Shown piece by piece: positions 11,381 through 15,581 of a stretch of 15,581 nucleotides of DNA; the stretch's first letter is position 1; each line of letters begins with the position of its first letter. The notes beneath the pieces were generated by a model. That model did no database searches and was not told the DNA's origin. It was given only the letters and a program-made list of their open reading frames with translations. The translations under genes were made by a program, and so were the position numbers. This DNA is from Kofleriaceae bacterium (GTDB lineage Bacteria; Myxococcota_A; Polyangia; Haliangiales; Haliangiaceae), in NCBI GenBank assembly GCA_046597055.1, contig JBKJLC010000238.1:1-15581 (forward strand). The letters run 5' to 3'.

Positions 11381-12453
11381 CGGTCAGAGCCTTTCATACG
11401 ACGTCGGTCCACGCCACGGTCGACCAGCGCGCCGACCCGGTCGCCGGGGAAGCCGGGCACGTGGCCGAGCACGGGCAGGTCCAGGCGCGACACGTCCTCG
11501 GCGTCGTGGACCCGGGTATCGAACGCGCCGATCACGATGCCCGCGATCGGCAGGAGCACCATGAACGCGACCACGCCGACCATGATCAACGGGGTGACGC
11601 CGCTCTCGACGGGCGGCGGCTTGCGCTCGTCGACCACCTCGATCGTGAGCGCGAGCCCGGCCTCGGTGACCTGCGACTGCAGCGCCTCCATCGTCATCGA
11701 CTGCTCGAGCGCGAGGAAGCTCTCCTGGACCCGGGTCGCCTCGAGCGTGAGCTCGTGCGCGCGCAGCCGCAGCATCGCGGCTTCGCCGGTCAACCCGGCG
11801 GACTCGGCCCGGGCCAGGCCCTCGTGGATCGCGTTGAGCTCGAGGTTGGCCTGGTCGACCCGCGCGCGGGCGGCGGCGACCACGTCCTTGGCCTGCTCGC
11901 CGAGCGCCTTGGCTGCCTCGGCGCGACGGGCGCCCTCACCGGCGATGATCGCGGTCGTCAGCTCCTCCGCCATGTCGTAGGCGAAGTCGGGGTTGCCATG
12001 GGTCACGACCACGGCCACCCGCGCGGTGCGCCGCTCCTGGTACGAGTAGGCGTACTGGAAGTAGTTGCGCCAGACCGCGATCGCGAACAGGTCGCGCAGC
12101 TCGCCGACCGCGAACGCGTTGCCGTGGGTCCGCCGCAGCGGGAACAGGTCGTGCTTCTCGACGATCGCGAGCAGCTTCTCGTCGGTGAGCAGCACGCCGT
12201 TGATGTAGTCCTGCAGCTGGTCGAGCGGGACCGCGTCGTGGGCCGACGCCATCTCGCCCTCCGTGATCGCGAGGATGATGCGGGCCCGGTGCAGCGCCGG
12301 CTTGCGCGCGACCTTCCACACCACGGCCGCGGTCAGCACCGCGGCGATCGCGAGCACCAGCGGCAGCCGGGCCCGCGCCCGCCGCTTCAGGCGCTGGAGC
12401 TCGATGACGAGCGTCTCGACCAGCGACGGCTCCGCCTCGTACCAGTCGGACAC
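11371..12453 (-). CDS. Second, shorter polysaccharide co-polymerase (Wzz/Wzc-like), 360 aa
   Basis: Two TM segments flank a coiled coil. IEVVDERKPP precedes TM2, and the C-terminus has FDTRVHDAEDVSRLDLPVLGHVP. Confidence 0.78.
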   Translation of the reverse strand: MSDWYEAEPSLVETLVIELQRLKRRARARLPLVLAIAAVLTAAVVWKVARKPALHRARIILAITEGEMASAHDAVPLDQLQDYINGVLLTDEKLLAIVEKHDLFPLRRTHGNAFAVGELRDLFAIAVWRNYFQYAYSYQERRTARVAVVVTHGNPDFAYDMAEELTTAIIAGEGARRAEAAKALGEQAKDVVAAARARVDQANLELNAIHEGLARAESAGLTGEAAMLRLRAHELTLEATRVQESFLALEQSMTMEALQSQVTEAGLALTIEVVDERKPPPVESGVTPLIMVGVVAFMVLLPIAGIVIGAFDTRVHDAEDVSRLDLPVLGHVPGFPGDRVGALVDRGVDRRRMKGSDRWR

Positions 12454-12459
12454 GCCCGA

Positions 12460-13635
12460 CTATAGCGCGACCGCGTCGGCCAGGACCGCCGCCAGCTGGG
12501 CAGCGCTTTTGGCCCAGCCCCCGCGGGCGCCCCGCGCGGCCACGGCCAGCGGGTCGTAGCGCGTCGCCAGGGCGCGCTCGAGCGCCACCGCCAGCGCGCC
12601 CGGGTCGCGCGCCGGCACCAGCTCGCCCAGCGACGGGTGGTCGATCAGGTCGGGCACCCCGCCGACCGCGGTCGCCACCACCCGCCGGCCCGAGGCCAGC
12701 GCCTCCAGGACCACGTTGGGCGTGCCCTCGGCCCAGCTCGCCAGCGCCAGCAGGTCGCAGGCGGCCAGGTACTGCGGCACCTCGCCGAGCGGCCTCGGCC
12801 CGACCACGTGCAGGCGCGGGAGCCGGGCCGCGACCGCCTCGAGCGCGGCCCGGGCGTCGCCGCCGCCGACCACGACCAGGTGGGCGTCGGGCCGCCGCGC
12901 GGCCACCTGCTCGAAGGCGGCGGCGAGGTCGAGCACGCCCTTGGACTCCTTCAGGTTGCCCACGTACAGCGCGATCTCGGCGCCGGCGGGCAGGCCGAGC
13001 GCGACCCGGGCCGCGGCGCGGTCGCCGGGCCGGAACAGCGCGGCGTCGACGCCGTTCATCACCAGGGCGATCCGGTCGCGGGCGACCCCGAGCGCAGCGA
13101 CCTCGTCGGCGAGCGCCCGGCTGACCGCGACCACCCGGGCCGCCCGGGGCAGCGCCCAGGCCAGCTGCCGGCGCGGGCCGGGCAGGCGGGCGTTCACGTT
13201 GACGTCGGACCCGTGCAGCTTCACGACCGCCGGCACGCCCAGCATGCGCGCCAGCACCACGCCGGCGAAGCCGTCGGGGTAGGCCCACGACGCCAGCACC
13301 ACGTCGACCTTGCCGCGGTAGCGCGGCACCAGCGGCGCCAGCGACGCGACGTACAGCGGCCCCCAGGTCCCGTGCCCGGCGCGCGGCACGAACAGCGTCC
13401 GCGGGTGGCGGACCGGCAGGCCCTCGATGGTCTCGCGGGCCGGCACCGCGCCGAGGCGGCCGGCGCTCGACCACCGGGCCAGCAGGCCGGCCCCGGGATA
13501 CCAGGGGATGGTCGCCAGCACGTCGACGACCTGGCAGTGGTCGGCCAGCGCCACGAACTGCTGGCGGTTGAACGGCGCCGACAGCGGCTCGGCGGCGTTC
13601 GGGAAGATCTTGGTGACGATCAGGACGCGCAGCAC
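12460..13635 (-). CDS. GT4 glycosyltransferase (TuaC-like), 391 aa
   Basis: WAYPDG, LHGSDVN, VGNLKESKGV, and EGTPNVVLEALASG (EX7E motif). Confidence 0.93.
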   Translation of the reverse strand: MLRVLIVTKIFPNAAEPLSAPFNRQQFVALADHCQVVDVLATIPWYPGAGLLARWSSAGRLGAVPARETIEGLPVRHPRTLFVPRAGHGTWGPLYVASLAPLVPRYRGKVDVVLASWAYPDGFAGVVLARMLGVPAVVKLHGSDVNVNARLPGPRRQLAWALPRAARVVAVSRALADEVAALGVARDRIALVMNGVDAALFRPGDRAAARVALGLPAGAEIALYVGNLKESKGVLDLAAAFEQVAARRPDAHLVVVGGGDARAALEAVAARLPRLHVVGPRPLGEVPQYLAACDLLALASWAEGTPNVVLEALASGRRVVATAVGGVPDLIDHPSLGELVPARDPGALAVALERALATRYDPLAVAARGARGGWAKSAAQLAAVLADAVAL

Positions 13636-13672
13636 ACGACACCGACGAGAAGAGCCACGTTCGGCGCAGCGG

Positions 13673-13978
13673 TCAGAGCAGGAACACCTTGTCCATGCGG
13701 AGCAGCTTGAAGATCGCCAGCGGCTGGTCGCGGGCGTTGGTGACCTGGACCTGTCCCCCCTCCGCCCGTACCCGCTTGTAGAGGGCGACCAGCGCCGCCA
13801 CTCCGGAGCTGTCGATCAGGTCGAGCCCGGCCAGGTCCACCACCACGCGGGTCCGGCGCTCCTCGACGAGCTTGTCGATGGCCGAGCCCAGCTCGGGCGC
13901 GGTGTTGACGTCCAGGGTCCCTGCGATGCGCAGGTTGGAGACATCACCTTGGTCGTTACGGGCGAAGTCGATGGGCAC
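13673..13978 (-). CDS. STAS-domain anti-sigma-factor antagonist (RsbV/SpoIIAA-like), 101 aa
   Basis: GTLDVNTAPEL and VVVDLAGLDLIDSSGVAAL with the conserved phospho-acceptor Ser. SD-like AGGTGA lies just before the GTG. Confidence 0.93.
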   Translation of the reverse strand: MPIDFARNDQGDVSNLRIAGTLDVNTAPELGSAIDKLVEERRTRVVVDLAGLDLIDSSGVAALVALYKRVRAEGGQVQVTNARDQPLAIFKLLRMDKVFLL

Positions 13979-13985
13979 GGATCAC

Positions 13986-14489
13986 CTACTCGGAGGGGGG
14001 ACGACCCGGCGCTTCTTGGCGCGCCGGCGAGGAAGAGGAGTCGGGACGACGGCGCCGCTTGACGAGGCGCCACAGGTTGGGAGGACCGGGTTCATACACG
14101 ACCTCGTCGACCATCGCGCGGGCGATGTGCAGGCCCATGCCACCCTCGGGCAGGGACTCGAGATCGGGCTCGGGAACGGTGCTGGGATCGAAGGTGGCCC
14201 CGGTGTCGCGGACCTCGACGGTGATGCTGCCGTCACCGACGCCGATCGCGATGTCGATGTCGCCGGCGCGCCGCTCGTAGGCGTGCAACACGATGTTGTT
14301 GTAGATCTCGGCGAACGCCGACACGAACTCAGCGTCGAACGGGTCGCGCATGTCGAACGACATCGCGGTCTCGTCGCGCGGCTCGTCGCCGCGAGCCAGC
14401 CGGCACGCCTCGGCCACCAGCCGCACCGCGAGCGCACGGTGGCGCAGCGTGCACGGTGAGGTGAACCGGATCAGGGGGCCCGTGGCCAT
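13986..14489 (-). CDS. RsbW/SpoIIAB-like serine kinase (HATPase_c), ~167 aa
   Basis: N-box EIYNNIVLHAY, G1 VRDTGATFDP, G2 EGGMGLHI. ATG 14489 is chosen to avoid overlap with the divergent gene. Confidence 0.88.
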   Translation of the reverse strand: MATGPLIRFTSPCTLRHRALAVRLVAEACRLARGDEPRDETAMSFDMRDPFDAEFVSAFAEIYNNIVLHAYERRAGDIDIAIGVGDGSITVEVRDTGATFDPSTVPEPDLESLPEGGMGLHIARAMVDEVVYEPGPPNLWRLVKRRRRPDSSSSPARQEAPGRPPSE

Positions 14490-14538
14490 CGCGAGGCAGA
14501 ATACAGGCTCCTGCCGTGTCGTGATAGGGTCGGCGCAG
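14490..14538. promoter_or_regulatory. 49-bp divergent promoter region with two -10-like hexamers
   Basis: Plus strand: TGATAGGGT (extended -10, 14522-14530), 8 nt before ATG 14539. Minus strand: TATTCT (14503-14498), 8 nt before ATG 14489. Confidence 0.55.
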
Positions 14539-15270
<732 letters not shown>

Positions 15271-15300
15271 CACTTCCCGATCGAGGCAGGGACGACGCGC

Positions 15301-15436
15301 TAGCAGCGAGCGAGGAGCCTCGTATGCGAGGCGACGGTGGGGCCCCAACGAGGAGCGACCGTCTGGTCGTGACGAAGTTGGGGGCCGGAATCTGTGCCGC
15401 AACGACGCAGACGAGGCCCGCAGCCGCTGCTCGCTA
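15301..15436. repeat. 136-bp nested inverted-repeat (MITE/REP-like) element between convergent genes
   Basis: TAGC...GCTA ends. Stems: GCCTCGT 15317-23 with ACGAGGC 15411-17; TGCG with CGCA; GGCCCCAAC 15341-49 with GTTGGGGGCC 15377-86; apical GCGACC-GTCT-GGTCGT. Confidence 0.75.
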
Positions 15437-15581
15437 CGGAATGAAGAGCGAGTCGCCGGTGAGCAGGACGATGTTCATCTCGGGCTTTGTCATGAGGAAG
15501 TCGAAGGCGAGCGGGATCGAGCGGACGGTGCCGGACTTCGGATCGCGGCGCTGCAGGACCATCTGGTTGCGCTTGGCGAAC
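15434..15581 (-). CDS. C-terminal fragment of an OPX/Wza-family polysaccharide export protein (5' end outside window)
   Basis: Own translation of 15580-15434: FAKRNQMVLQRRDPKSGTVRSIPLAFDFLMTKPEMNIVLLTGDSLFIP*. This matches the SLBB-domain ending N(I/L)xLxxGDxxxxP. Confidence 0.75.
   Translation of the reverse strand, partial: FAKRNQMVLQRRDPKSGTVRSIPLAFDFLMTKPEMNIVLLTGDSLFIP

Overview
Very GC-rich window holding most of a Wzx/Wzy-type exopolysaccharide (EPS) locus. Gene content and the short OPX suggest a myxobacterium (inference). Left to right: a REP-like array (one inverted copy plus ~2.7 tandem ~95-bp units); a minus-strand operon of glycosyltransferase, Gfo/Idh/MocA-SDR fusion and GNAT; a divergent plus-strand pair of CE4 deacetylase and Tat/lipoprotein DUF4091 (GH123-like); a 32-codon remnant of a GFA/CENP-V gene and a free-standing B3/B4 protein; a long minus-strand operon of RsbW-like kinase, STAS protein, GT4, two polysaccharide co-polymerases, a stand-alone BY-kinase-like ATPase and GNAT; a divergent priming phosphoglycosyl transferase; a 136-bp stem-loop element; and the 3' end of a short OPX (Wza-like) gene. 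The most notable points are a partner-switch module heading an EPS operon, a degenerate kinase with no Tyr cluster beside two co-polymerases, the oxidoreductase fusion, and apparently leaderless promoters. No Wzx, Wzy or sigma factor gene is visible. Product calls rest on recognised motifs; no database search was run.
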